A stretch of 64,000 nucleotides of DNA from contig CBDEUM010000034.1 in NCBI GenBank assembly GCA_965242925.1, positions 192,001 through 256,000 of the forward strand. The letters run 5' to 3'. Below, piece by piece: positions 41,965 to 50,541 of the stretch; within the stretch, counting starts at the first letter, position 1, and each line of letters starts with the position of its first letter. A program made the translations under genes and the position numbers. The notes under the pieces are model-generated. The model was not told the DNA's origin, did not search any database, and saw only the letters and a program-made list of their open reading frames with translations. The DNA comes from Roseibacillus sp. (lineage in GTDB: Bacteria > Verrucomicrobiota > Verrucomicrobiia > Verrucomicrobiales > Akkermansiaceae).

Positions 41965-43044
41965 TCAGGAAGAAAGGTTGGCCAGGATCTGATCGGTCAG
42001 CGCCTTCACCACTTCCTCCGCTTCCCCATTCAGTTCACTGCCAACCGGGACCGTCGCGTGGGCACCATCAGGCACGGAGCAAACCGCTCCAGGTCGGAAC
42101 TCGGAATTGTCGCAGAGTTCGCACTCCTTCCAGTTCGCCCGCTTGTCATCCATTCCCAGCGAGGCGCGCAGATCTATCAACTCCTTGGCCTGGCCGCCCG
42201 TGATGGTAAGCAGATCCGCCCCCTTGAGCTGAGTGGCCAACAAGACGGTCTGGCAATAGGCATCCGTGTTCTCCATCTTCCAGTAGGAATCCTCTATATC
42301 CTTGCCCCATGTGATAACGCCGTGGTTGATCATGAGAACCGACATGTGCTCGATCGCAGCCTCACCCACCGCCTTGGCATTGGCTGGCGTGCCGGGTGTC
42401 TGGTACTCCGCCATTCCGATCTCACCGAGGAATACTTCTGCTTCCGGGATCATGCAGGTGGGCGGACGGACTCCTGCCACCGCAAAAGCCGTCGCATGTG
42501 GCGGATGCGCGTGACAGCAGGCTTTCGCCTTGGGCTGCCTCTTCATGATCGCTATGTGCGTCAGGCATTCACTCGTCCGCCGCCGCGAACCCGCCAGTTG
42601 ATTGCCATCGAGATCGATGAGAGCCATGTCCTCAGGCTGCATGAAACCTTTTGAGATCAGGGTCGGGGTGCAGAGCACGAGATTGTCTCCCACCCGGATA
42701 GTGAGATTGCCTCCGTTGCCATCAGTGTAGTTCTTCGTCCACATCCGATCGCCGATTGCGACCATCCGTCGCTTGAGGGTTTCGATTTCCGACGAGTGAA
42801 AGAACTTCGCGATCTCCTCCGGAGACTGCGGATCGCGGCCCGGTTCCCAACGGAACTCGTAGTCAGGGACACTCGGTTCCCCCCGAACTGCTGCCCCGGT
42901 CACAACCCGCTTGCGCCTGGTCCGCGCTTCCTTGATTGCATCCTTGGCCGTCGGGGTCAGGAGCACCCCGGCGGGAATCGAATCCAAGCCCCTGCCCTCC
43001 CGCAGAAGGGCCTCCACATCGCGTCCAGTGATTACTTTCTTCAT
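41965..43044 (-). CDS. Class II aldolase (fuculose/rhamnulose-1-phosphate aldolase-like), BMC signature enzyme with C-terminal encapsulation peptide
   Basis: GGNLTIR, TPT, TSE, HAHPPHAT, NHG; amphipathic C-terminus EAEEVVKALTDQILANLS. Confidence 0.92.
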   Translation of the reverse strand: MKKVITGRDVEALLREGRGLDSIPAGVLLTPTAKDAIKEARTRRKRVVTGAAVRGEPSVPDYEFRWEPGRDPQSPEEIAKFFHSSEIETLKRRMVAIGDRMWTKNYTDGNGGNLTIRVGDNLVLCTPTLISKGFMQPEDMALIDLDGNQLAGSRRRTSECLTHIAIMKRQPKAKACCHAHPPHATAFAVAGVRPPTCMIPEAEVFLGEIGMAEYQTPGTPANAKAVGEAAIEHMSVLMINHGVITWGKDIEDSYWKMENTDAYCQTVLLATQLKGADLLTITGGQAKELIDLRASLGMDDKRANWKECELCDNSEFRPGAVCSVPDGAHATVPVGSELNGEAEEVVKALTDQILANLSS

Positions 43045-43056
43045 CAGGCTGAGTTC

Positions 43057-43377
43057 CTAGTCGTCGTCGTCCTCGGGAGGAAAGGGGTGATGATCGATCT
43101 GATCGAAAATGGCCACCGTGATGGCATCAACAGGAGTCGGCCCATCAAAGGGAGCCGTCGCTTCGGCGCCCTCCACAAATCCCACGATATCCGATGCCCC
43201 GGCTCCCAGGTTGTCGTATACCACCAGGGAGGGAAACCGGGTCAGTCCCGGTTCGATATCGCAGGCCGTATTCAACTGCTCCGCCTCCAGGGGATTGACC
43301 AACAACCAGCGCGCCGCCGTGAAGGCAGGTTCCTGCACGCTCATGGTGACCTTTCCGATGACCTGTCCAATCCGCAT
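43057..43377 (-). CDS. BMC pentamer (EutN/CcmL family)
   Basis: MRIGQVIGKV, YDNLGAG, EGAEA, PVDA. Confidence 0.92.
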   Translation of the reverse strand: MRIGQVIGKVTMSVQEPAFTAARWLLVNPLEAEQLNTACDIEPGLTRFPSLVVYDNLGAGASDIVGFVEGAEATAPFDGPTPVDAITVAIFDQIDHHPFPPEDDDD

Positions 43378-43379
43378 GA

Positions 43380-43640
43380 CTAGTCGTCTATTACTCCCTG
43401 AATATAATTACGCACGGGCGAATCCTCGTCGTTCACGATCCCCCTCGCCCCAATACCGTCGGTGCTCACAAAGACTCGCTGGTGCACACCCGCTCCAAAC
43501 AGATCGATTGCCACAAAGGGAGGATCGCCGAGAGGCGTGCCGTCCGCATCCTCCTGCTGGCACAGCAGCATCTTGAAGCCATCCAGACTTGCGTGACTGT
43601 GCGTCGCAACCGCTCTTCCAACTATCCGGCATAACAACAT
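43380..43640 (-). CDS. BMC pentamer (EutN/CcmL family)
   Basis: RIVGRAVATHSH, AIDLFGAG, DGIGAR, IQGVID. Confidence 0.92.
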   Translation of the reverse strand: MLLCRIVGRAVATHSHASLDGFKMLLCQQEDADGTPLGDPPFVAIDLFGAGVHQRVFVSTDGIGARGIVNDEDSPVRNYIQGVIDD

Positions 43641-43647
43641 GGCTCTC

Positions 43648-45162
43648 TTAGACAATTCGGAGATTTTCCACCATCACGCAACGACGCACGCGGGTGAACG
43701 TCTTCGGGGTGGTGATTCCCTCGCCGGTGGTAGTCGCCACCGAGTAGCTCAGATAGCCCTCCCCCCCCAATCCCAAGCCGGCCACACAGGGCCCATTCTT
43801 CACATAAATCGTAGTGTCCATCTCCCGACCCATGTGCGTCATGTTACTCACGTTCGTGGAGTGAATGATGGCAGAATGCCGGTATCCGTGTTCCGCCTCC
43901 TTGGCCTGCTGCACCGCGGTTTCAAAATCCGGTGCCGAGATGACGGGCACTAACGGCATCATCTGTTCCTCCTGCACGTAGGGGTGCCCCGCATCCGTCT
44001 CAGCAAAGAGAAGCTCGCAACCATCGGCAATGCGCGCTCCTGCCGCCTTCGCAAGGGTCTCAGGACTGGCTCCCACATAGTCACGATTCACCACCGCATG
44101 CGAGCAACCTCCGTCCTCCTCCCTGTAGGTGAACGCCGCCTTGCTCAGGCGTTCCAACTGCTGATTGTTCAACCTGCCCGCACCCGCACGCTCCATGGAC
44201 TCAAGGAATTCCCTGTAAACAGAACGTACTACAAAGACCGCCTTTTCCCCGATACACAGCAGATTGTTATCGAAGGCCCCGCCTTCGACTATGTTCCGCG
44301 CAGCCCGGTTCAGATCCGCAGTTTCATCGACAACAACCACCGGATTACCAGGCCCTGCGCAGATGGAACGCTTCCCCGACTGCATGGCCGCCTTCACTAC
44401 CGCGGGCCCCCCAGTCACGGCCATGATCGCAATCAACTCATGCTTCGAGATCTTTTCGAACGTTTCGAGAGTAGGGTTCTCAATCACGCAGATGAGATTC
44501 TCAATGCCCAACTCGCGCTCAATGGCCTTGTTGTATTCGCGAGCCGCCATCACGGCGCTCCTGGCTCCACCGGGATGCGGGTTGAAGACCACCGCGTTTC
44601 CCGCCGCAACCATGTTGATAACATTTCCCGTCAAGGTGGGAACCGAGTGGGTCACGGGAAGGATTGCGCCCACAACCCCAAAGGGGGCATACTCTTCAAG
44701 CGTGATTCCGTCATCACCGCTGAGAGCGTAGGGCCGAAGCCACTCAACCCCCGGCACCTTGTTCATGATTTCCAGTTTGGCAATCTTGTGATCGAGGCGC
44801 CCGATCCTGGTCTCGTTCAGCTCAAATGCTCCCCATGACTCGGTATTGGCCGAGCAGATGCCCTTTACGATCTCAATCACCCGCGAGCGCCCTTCCAGGC
44901 CGAGGTTCTTCAGTTGCAGGAACGCATCATGGGCTGCGTTGGCCGCACTGTTGACGCAACCGAAGATTCCATGCCCCCCCTGCCCATTTCCGGTCGCGGA
45001 TCGGCAAGCGCATTCCTTCTCCGTCGGAGCAGGTGCGGGAGTCGCCAAGGGCGCCCGGTCCGACACCTTGACGGGAACGGGATCAGTGGGCGAAACCGCT
45101 CTCCCAAGGTCCGCCATGACTTTCTCCACCACCCCGCGCAGGGCTTCCTGATCAATATTCAT
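43648..45162 (-). CDS. CoA-acylating aldehyde dehydrogenase (EutE/PduP family) with N-terminal encapsulation peptide
   Basis: PFGVVGAILPVTH, VTGGPAVV, GPGNP, FDNNLLCIGEK, EEQMMP, TTTGEG; N-terminus IDQEALRGVVEKVMADL. Confidence 0.95.
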   Translation of the reverse strand: MNIDQEALRGVVEKVMADLGRAVSPTDPVPVKVSDRAPLATPAPAPTEKECACRSATGNGQGGHGIFGCVNSAANAAHDAFLQLKNLGLEGRSRVIEIVKGICSANTESWGAFELNETRIGRLDHKIAKLEIMNKVPGVEWLRPYALSGDDGITLEEYAPFGVVGAILPVTHSVPTLTGNVINMVAAGNAVVFNPHPGGARSAVMAAREYNKAIERELGIENLICVIENPTLETFEKISKHELIAIMAVTGGPAVVKAAMQSGKRSICAGPGNPVVVVDETADLNRAARNIVEGGAFDNNLLCIGEKAVFVVRSVYREFLESMERAGAGRLNNQQLERLSKAAFTYREEDGGCSHAVVNRDYVGASPETLAKAAGARIADGCELLFAETDAGHPYVQEEQMMPLVPVISAPDFETAVQQAKEAEHGYRHSAIIHSTNVSNMTHMGREMDTTIYVKNGPCVAGLGLGGEGYLSYSVATTTGEGITTPKTFTRVRRCVMVENLRIV

Positions 45163-45199
45163 CGTTCATGCCTCCCTTTCTGTCATCCGCATCCTCTAC

Positions 45200-45508
45200 T
45201 CACGAGGAGCTATAGACCTTCTTGCCGAGCACATCGACGCTGTCCACAATGGCAACCACCGCGGCATCGACGGGGATCTTCTTCAACCCGCCGGCCTGCC
45301 GGGCGGAACTGCCCTGGCAGAACATCACGAGTTCTCCCTCTCCTGCTCCCACGGTATCAACCGCGACGATGGTATTTATCCCATCACGGAACCTGGAGGG
45401 ATCGGATTCATCCACCAGCTTGGGACGCACAAGCAGGAGCTTGCGCCCCAGCATGCTGTCGTCCTTCTTGGTGGCCACTACCTGGCCGATAACCTCTGCC
45501 AAAAACAT
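45200..45508 (-). CDS. BMC pentamer (EutN/CcmL family)
   Basis: MFLAEVIGQVVATKK, VAVDTVGAGEGE, QGSSAR, PVDAAVVAIVD. Confidence 0.95.
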   Translation of the reverse strand: MFLAEVIGQVVATKKDDSMLGRKLLLVRPKLVDESDPSRFRDGINTIVAVDTVGAGEGELVMFCQGSSARQAGGLKKIPVDAAVVAIVDSVDVLGKKVYSSS

Positions 45509-45529
45509 CGCTCCGTTTACGGGTTTCGC

Positions 45530-45829
45530 TTACTTGTCGCCGGTGGCGTTGCTCTTACCGGTAATCACCTGTTGAGTCGCCTCGTCCGGATGGGCGATCA
45601 CGTGCGCGCTCACCACTTCACCCAGACTGGCGGCAGTGTCCGCTCCAGCATCAATCGCTGCCTTCACTGCTGCCACGTCACCGGTGACCACTGCGTTACA
45701 GAGTCCGCTGCCGACGTTCTTCATCGGTCCGGTCAACTGCACATCGGCGGCTTTGAGTGCCGCATCTATACCGCTCACGAGACAGCACAATCCGCGCGTC
45801 TCTAGAAGTCCTACTGCTTGTTTTGCCAT
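45530..45829 (-). CDS. BMC hexamer shell protein (BMC-H)
   Basis: AVGLLETRG, DAALKAADV, GDVAAVKAAIDAG, HVIAHP. Confidence 0.95.
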   Translation of the reverse strand: MAKQAVGLLETRGLCCLVSGIDAALKAADVQLTGPMKNVGSGLCNAVVTGDVAAVKAAIDAGADTAASLGEVVSAHVIAHPDEATQQVITGKSNATGDK

Positions 45830-45847
45830 GGTTCTTTTGTTCGTTGA

Positions 45848-47026
45848 TTAATTTAAAGATGAAACCTTCCGGTATACCTCGCGCGCCAGCACCAGTTCCT
45901 CATTGGCCGGAACCACATAGATCTTCACTTCCGCACCAACCCCGCTGATCTCCCCCTCTTCTCCCCTCACTCCTTCGTTGCGGACCGGATCAAGAATGAT
46001 CCCGAACTCCTCCAGACCCGCGCAGACCTCCTCCCGTAGCCACGGGTTGTTCTCTCCAATCCCCGCGGTGAAGACCAGGCCCTCCAGACCTCCGAGATCG
46101 AAGAGAAAGGATGACGCCCAGCGCCGGATCTCGTGCACAAAAACATCCACCGCCAGTTGGGCATCCTCATTCCCCTCCAGGGCGGCCGCCCGCACATCTC
46201 GCATGTCGTTGCCGACCCCCGACACTCCGAGCAGACCACTCTCTGCGGTCAACTGCCGCTCCGCCTCCGTCATGCTCAGTCCGAGGGTCCTGGCAGCATG
46301 AGGAATGGCGCCGGAATCCAGATCACCAACCCGGTTGTTCTGCGGCAGCCCGCTCTGGGGCGAAAAACCCATGCTGGTTCCCACCGCCACCCCATTGCGA
46401 ATACCGGTCACCGAACTGCTTCCGCCCAGGTGACAGGAGATGACCCGCAGCGGTCTTTCTACCCGACCAGGACCGTTCTGATAAAGCCCGCGCACCTCTG
46501 TTGCGACATCCTCACGCGCTAACAGCTCCGCGGAACGCTCGGCAATATACTTGTGGCTGGCGCCATGGAATCCGTAGCGACGGATTCCCGCTTCATGCCA
46601 TGCTCTCGGGACTGCGTAACGCGTCCCGGCCTCCGGCACCCACTGATAGAAGGCCGTCTCAAAGAGCGCTACCCGGCGCGCTCCGGGCAGAATCTTCCTA
46701 AACTGGCGAATCCCCGCGGCATACGCTGGATTATGAGCAGGGGCCACGTCCGAGAAACCTTCCAAGGCCGCCAGCACCTCATCACCGGCCTCCACGCAGC
46801 CACTCAGGTTGCGACCCAGGACCGTCTTGAATCCCACTGCCGCAATATCTTCCTGCGCCGCCACTCCCTCCCGTTCAAGACCTTCGAGAGCATCCCGAAT
46901 CACTTCCCCGTAGTCAGTCACCCGCTCGTAGCCTCCCTCGGCCAACAGGCATTCCCCTCCCTCTTCCATCTCAAAGAGACGAAATTTAAAGGAGGTGGAT
47001 CCCAGGTTGGCCACGAGAATCTTCAC
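45848..47026 (-). CDS. ackA: Acetate/propionate-type acyl kinase
   Basis: NLGSTSFK, APAHN, FETAF, RRYGFHGASH, CHLGGSSS, FTAGIGEN, NEELV. Confidence 0.92.
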   Translation of the reverse strand: MKILVANLGSTSFKFRLFEMEEGGECLLAEGGYERVTDYGEVIRDALEGLEREGVAAQEDIAAVGFKTVLGRNLSGCVEAGDEVLAALEGFSDVAPAHNPAYAAGIRQFRKILPGARRVALFETAFYQWVPEAGTRYAVPRAWHEAGIRRYGFHGASHKYIAERSAELLAREDVATEVRGLYQNGPGRVERPLRVISCHLGGSSSVTGIRNGVAVGTSMGFSPQSGLPQNNRVGDLDSGAIPHAARTLGLSMTEAERQLTAESGLLGVSGVGNDMRDVRAAALEGNEDAQLAVDVFVHEIRRWASSFLFDLGGLEGLVFTAGIGENNPWLREEVCAGLEEFGIILDPVRNEGVRGEEGEISGVGAEVKIYVVPANEELVLAREVYRKVSSLN

Positions 47027-47046
47027 GTTGAAAGTGCGTTCAGGAA

Positions 47047-47319
47047 TTACATCTCAACCAGACCGGCGAGATCTTCGTGGGGGCGGGGAATCACCTGGGT
47101 CGCAGTGACTTCCCCTACCTGGGAAGCCGCTTCGGCTCCAGCATCGACCCCGGCCTTCACCGCGGCCACGTCTCCCGAATAAAATCCGGTCACCATGCCG
47201 GCTCCTATCTTGGCCCAACCCAGCATCGTGATATCCGCTGCCTTGAGAGCGGCGTCCGACGCCTCCAACAGGGAAACCAGTCCCCGTGTTTCGATGATTC
47301 CTACTGCTTGTTTCGACAT
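47047..47319 (-). CDS. BMC hexamer shell protein (BMC-H)
   Basis: AVGIIETRG, DAALKAADI, GDVAAVKAGVDAG, VIPRPH. Confidence 0.96.
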   Translation of the reverse strand: MSKQAVGIIETRGLVSLLEASDAALKAADITMLGWAKIGAGMVTGFYSGDVAAVKAGVDAGAEAASQVGEVTATQVIPRPHEDLAGLVEM

Positions 47320-47347
47320 CATTCTTTAGTGGTTGAAGTTTTGTCTG

Positions 47348-47620
47348 CTACGCCAGATCAAAGCGCTTCAGGAGATCCGCGTGAGGCCGTGGAATAACGT
47401 GAGAACTCACCAGTTCCCCCACCCTGTCGGCGGCTTCCGCCCCGGCATCCACCGCAGCTTTGACGCTTCCCACATCTCCCCGGACCAGCATGGTGAGGTA
47501 TCCCCCTCCAATCTGCACCTGCTTCACAAGGCCTACATCAGCCGCTTTGGCCATTGCGTCAGCAGCCTCCACATTTCCCACGTAGCCTTTCGTTTCAATT
47601 AATCCCAGAGCCTGTCTCAT
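47348..47620 (-). CDS. BMC hexamer shell protein (BMC-H)
   Basis: ALGLIETKG, AADAMAKAADV, RGDVGSVKAAV, HVIPRPH. Confidence 0.96.
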   Translation of the reverse strand: MRQALGLIETKGYVGNVEAADAMAKAADVGLVKQVQIGGGYLTMLVRGDVGSVKAAVDAGAEAADRVGELVSSHVIPRPHADLLKRFDLA

Positions 47621-47648
47621 CTTCTTGTCATTTTTTTTGTTAGAGTCC

Positions 47649-48335
47649 TTATTTCCCTGCCGGCTTGACCAGTTCGCAATATGTGTCCGGCTTCAACCCG
47701 CAGGCATTCCCCTCGTCGGTGTCGATATGCACTTCCAGTTTGAAGCTCTCGTCCACCCTCACCACGATATTGTCAAAGGTCACCGGACATTCTCCATGCA
47801 CCTTCATCTTCATGACATCCTTGTGCCGCACTCCATAATAGGAGGCATCGTCGGGAGCCATGTGTACATGGGGTGCCGCACGAATCACTCCCTGGGGCAT
47901 CTCGAAGAATCCCTTCGGCCCCATCAACATGCAGCCCGGGGTCCCCTCAATATCGCCTGACAGACGAAACGGAACCTGAAATCCCAGAGCAATGGCATCG
48001 GTGTAGGCCAACTCAACCTGGTTGAAGTCGCGGCAGGGCCCCAGGATGCGCAGGTTTGAAATAACCCGGCTACGCGGACCAACCAGCGTCACGGTCTCCT
48101 TCGCGCCATAGGCCCCCCCTTGGTAGAGTTCCTTCATGGGTGTCAGGGCGTAGTCCCGGCCAAAGAGCTGCTCCACCGCCTGCGGGGAGAGATGGCAATG
48201 CCGGGCACTCACGTTGACCACCAGACCACTGGGCGCCTGCGCAGAGGATGGCAGGGGCAGGTGCATCTTGGCATAGACCTGCTCTCGCACGAGGTGCTCC
48301 ACCACCCCTCGGGGAATATTGGGTTTTATCGCCAT
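47649..48335 (-). CDS. pduL: PduL-type phosphate acyltransferase with N-terminal encapsulation peptide
   Basis: NVSARHCHL, LRILGP, HVHM, EVHIDTDEGNA; N-terminus RGVVEHLVREQV. Confidence 0.94.
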   Translation of the reverse strand: MAIKPNIPRGVVEHLVREQVYAKMHLPLPSSAQAPSGLVVNVSARHCHLSPQAVEQLFGRDYALTPMKELYQGGAYGAKETVTLVGPRSRVISNLRILGPCRDFNQVELAYTDAIALGFQVPFRLSGDIEGTPGCMLMGPKGFFEMPQGVIRAAPHVHMAPDDASYYGVRHKDVMKMKVHGECPVTFDNIVVRVDESFKLEVHIDTDEGNACGLKPDTYCELVKPAGK

Positions 48336-48449
48336 TTGCCCTGAATTCAACCCGTTTATCGTTGGGTTTTCTTGACTAGTCAATCCTTTTCAAGGATATT
48401 CCCAACAGAAACAAGATTTATCCAACAGTTGTTCACACCCTTAGACGCC
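48336..48449. promoter_or_regulatory. Divergent promoter/operator region between the BMC operon and deoR
   Basis: Palindrome TTGACTAGTCAA 48372-48383; CCAACAG at 48402 and 48422; inverted GTTGGG at 48361. Confidence 0.6.
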
Positions 48450-49208
48450 ATGTTACCTGTTGAACGTCAGAGCCTTATCCTCTCCCATCTCGCCGACTCG
48501 GAATCGGTGCGAACGATCGAACTCGCTACAATCCTCGAAGTAACTGACGAAACGGTTCGCAGGGATCTCGAAAACCTGGAGCAGCGGGGAGAACTACTCC
48601 GCATCCACGGCGGCGCAGTAAGGCCAAACCAGAGCCGCGTCGAACTAGCCCTCACAGAACGGAAGCAAGTTAACCGGGAAGCCAAAACTGCTATCGCGCG
48701 CTTTGCCGCCGAGCGCATCGAGCCGAACGACACCATCTTCATCGACGCCTCCTCCACCGCCCTCACCCTTGTTGAGCACCTGCCGAATTTCCACCTCACC
48801 GTTCTCACCAATGCCCACAATGTGATCTCCGCCCTTGCGAATCGTGATGGCATCGATCTCATCTGCACCGGAGGAATCTACGAACCACGGTCCCGCTCCT
48901 ACATCGGACTGCCGGCCGAATCGACCATGCGCAAGCACAACATCCATCGCATGTTTTTTTCCTGTAACGGAATCCACCTGGAGCGGGGTATCTCCGAAAC
49001 AAATTCCCGTCAGGCCTCCTTCAAGGAGCGCGTAATCGAATGCTCGGAGGAGGTGTGCTGCCTCGCGGACTCCACAAAGATTGGCCTCAAGTCCTCATTC
49101 TTCTTCGCTCAGATTGCGGATCTCACCACCGTGGTGACCAATGAAGACGCCGAACCCGGCTTCACCGCGGCGCTCGCCACCCAGGGCATCGAGGTCCTTC
49201 GTGCCTGA
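48450..49208 (+). CDS. DeoR/GlpR-family transcriptional regulator of the BMC locus
   Basis: VTDETVRRDL, RIHGGA, IFIDASST, LTN, ADSTKIG. Confidence 0.95.
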   Translation: MLPVERQSLILSHLADSESVRTIELATILEVTDETVRRDLENLEQRGELLRIHGGAVRPNQSRVELALTERKQVNREAKTAIARFAAERIEPNDTIFIDASSTALTLVEHLPNFHLTVLTNAHNVISALANRDGIDLICTGGIYEPRSRSYIGLPAESTMRKHNIHRMFFSCNGIHLERGISETNSRQASFKERVIECSEEVCCLADSTKIGLKSSFFFAQIADLTTVVTNEDAEPGFTAALATQGIEVLRA

Positions 49209-49227
49209 AGGATACATCTCAACCGAC

Positions 49228-49512
49228 TCAAGATACCTGGATTCGATATTGCACCCACTCCTCAAGGACCTGGCGGAATTCAGGAACCTCCACGTCACGC
49301 TCGCAGCACACAAGCATCAAGGTTCCGTCATCCTTGAAGTTTCCGTCCCAATCCAGCACCTGCTTGTCGCTCCATGAGGGTTCATACCCTGCCAGCTTTC
49401 CATCATCAATCCTCGTAATGTAGGCCCTCAAACCGATGTCCGTTTCATCGCTCGGCCGGTCTGCTGGCAGATTCTCAAAAATGCGTTTTGCTTCGTCAGA
49501 GAGAGTTGTCAT
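49228..49512 (-). CDS. Small acidic hypothetical protein with CC motif
   Basis: 94-aa ATG ORF 18 bp downstream of the cytochrome gene, same strand; DWDGNF, VCCERD. Confidence 0.7.
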   Translation of the reverse strand: MTTLSDEAKRIFENLPADRPSDETDIGLRAYITRIDDGKLAGYEPSWSDKQVLDWDGNFKDDGTLMLVCCERDVEVPEFRQVLEEWVQYRIQVS

Positions 49513-49530
49513 TTCTGGTCTGGATCAGAA

Positions 49531-50511
49531 TTAATAACGGCACAGAGGACTATGCACTTCATACTCCCTGGTCATCCAATTGCCACCTTTTGATTCGTGA
49601 CAGGTTCTGCAGGATTGCAGGGATTTTGGCAGTTTGCGGTGCCTGCGCGTGGAGGATCGGTGCACATCGTGGCAACTCAGGCAGGTCACCTCCTCTTTCC
49701 CGTGCACCACGACATCCCGTACGGTTTCAAGAACGTGGCGATCACCCGGGTTAAGCTTCGCAAGCGCGCTTGACTCGAACGAAACCATGAAGTCCCGGAA
49801 AAGATTGTCCCCGGGGACAAAATTGTTGGGATAGGGTAAACCCGTGCTGCGGGATTTTCCGGTACGGATATGGCATGAGGCGCAGATGGAGGTCACAACC
49901 CGCGGATGATCCTCCCCCTTCCCCGAAAGCAGCATGAGAGCTGGATCCTTGGTGTGCCCTGGATTCATTTCACCGTGACAGGAGCAACAGTCGATCGTGA
50001 TTCCCGAGAAGGCCTGTAATTCAGAATCCACCCCGGTTGCGTGGCACCCGGCACAACGTTTGCCAAATGTCGCCTTATCCCACGCCGGGGTTTCTGCTGC
50101 TACCAGTTTCCGAGTGTGGACGTTCCACCAGTGCGAGTGAATTTCGGCCTTCCCATATCCCTTTCCCTTACGCAGGAAGCGCACGACCTCCTCGCTTCCG
50201 AGAAGATACTCCGCCTTCTCTCCTTCCTGCAGATGCTTTTGCAGTGCGACCACTGGGGCCGATGTCGGTTGGAGGGGCCTCACGGTGAGATGATGCGGAT
50301 TCTTCTGCCAGTTCCCCCCCACGTTCTTGCCATGACAGAACAGGCACTCACCCCCGGTCATGTATTCCGGCACCTCGTGACCCACATGGTCTTTTCCCCA
50401 TCCTGCAGGATCCAGCTTCCTGGAAGCATCCACCTGGGCCCAGAGAACAATCTGCACGCCGAGCACACAAAGTCCCCCCACCCCCAGAATCCAACGCCAC
50501 TTCGTCAGCAT
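49531..50511 (-). CDS. Multiheme (six CxxCH) cytochrome c
   Basis: CLFCH, CAGCH, CCSCH, CASCH, CLSCH, CRTCH; N-terminal hydrophobic segment. Confidence 0.9.
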   Translation of the reverse strand: MLTKWRWILGVGGLCVLGVQIVLWAQVDASRKLDPAGWGKDHVGHEVPEYMTGGECLFCHGKNVGGNWQKNPHHLTVRPLQPTSAPVVALQKHLQEGEKAEYLLGSEEVVRFLRKGKGYGKAEIHSHWWNVHTRKLVAAETPAWDKATFGKRCAGCHATGVDSELQAFSGITIDCCSCHGEMNPGHTKDPALMLLSGKGEDHPRVVTSICASCHIRTGKSRSTGLPYPNNFVPGDNLFRDFMVSFESSALAKLNPGDRHVLETVRDVVVHGKEEVTCLSCHDVHRSSTRRHRKLPKSLQSCRTCHESKGGNWMTREYEVHSPLCRY

Positions 50512-50541
50512 GAACACCAAGATCAAGATCCCGAGACTGAA

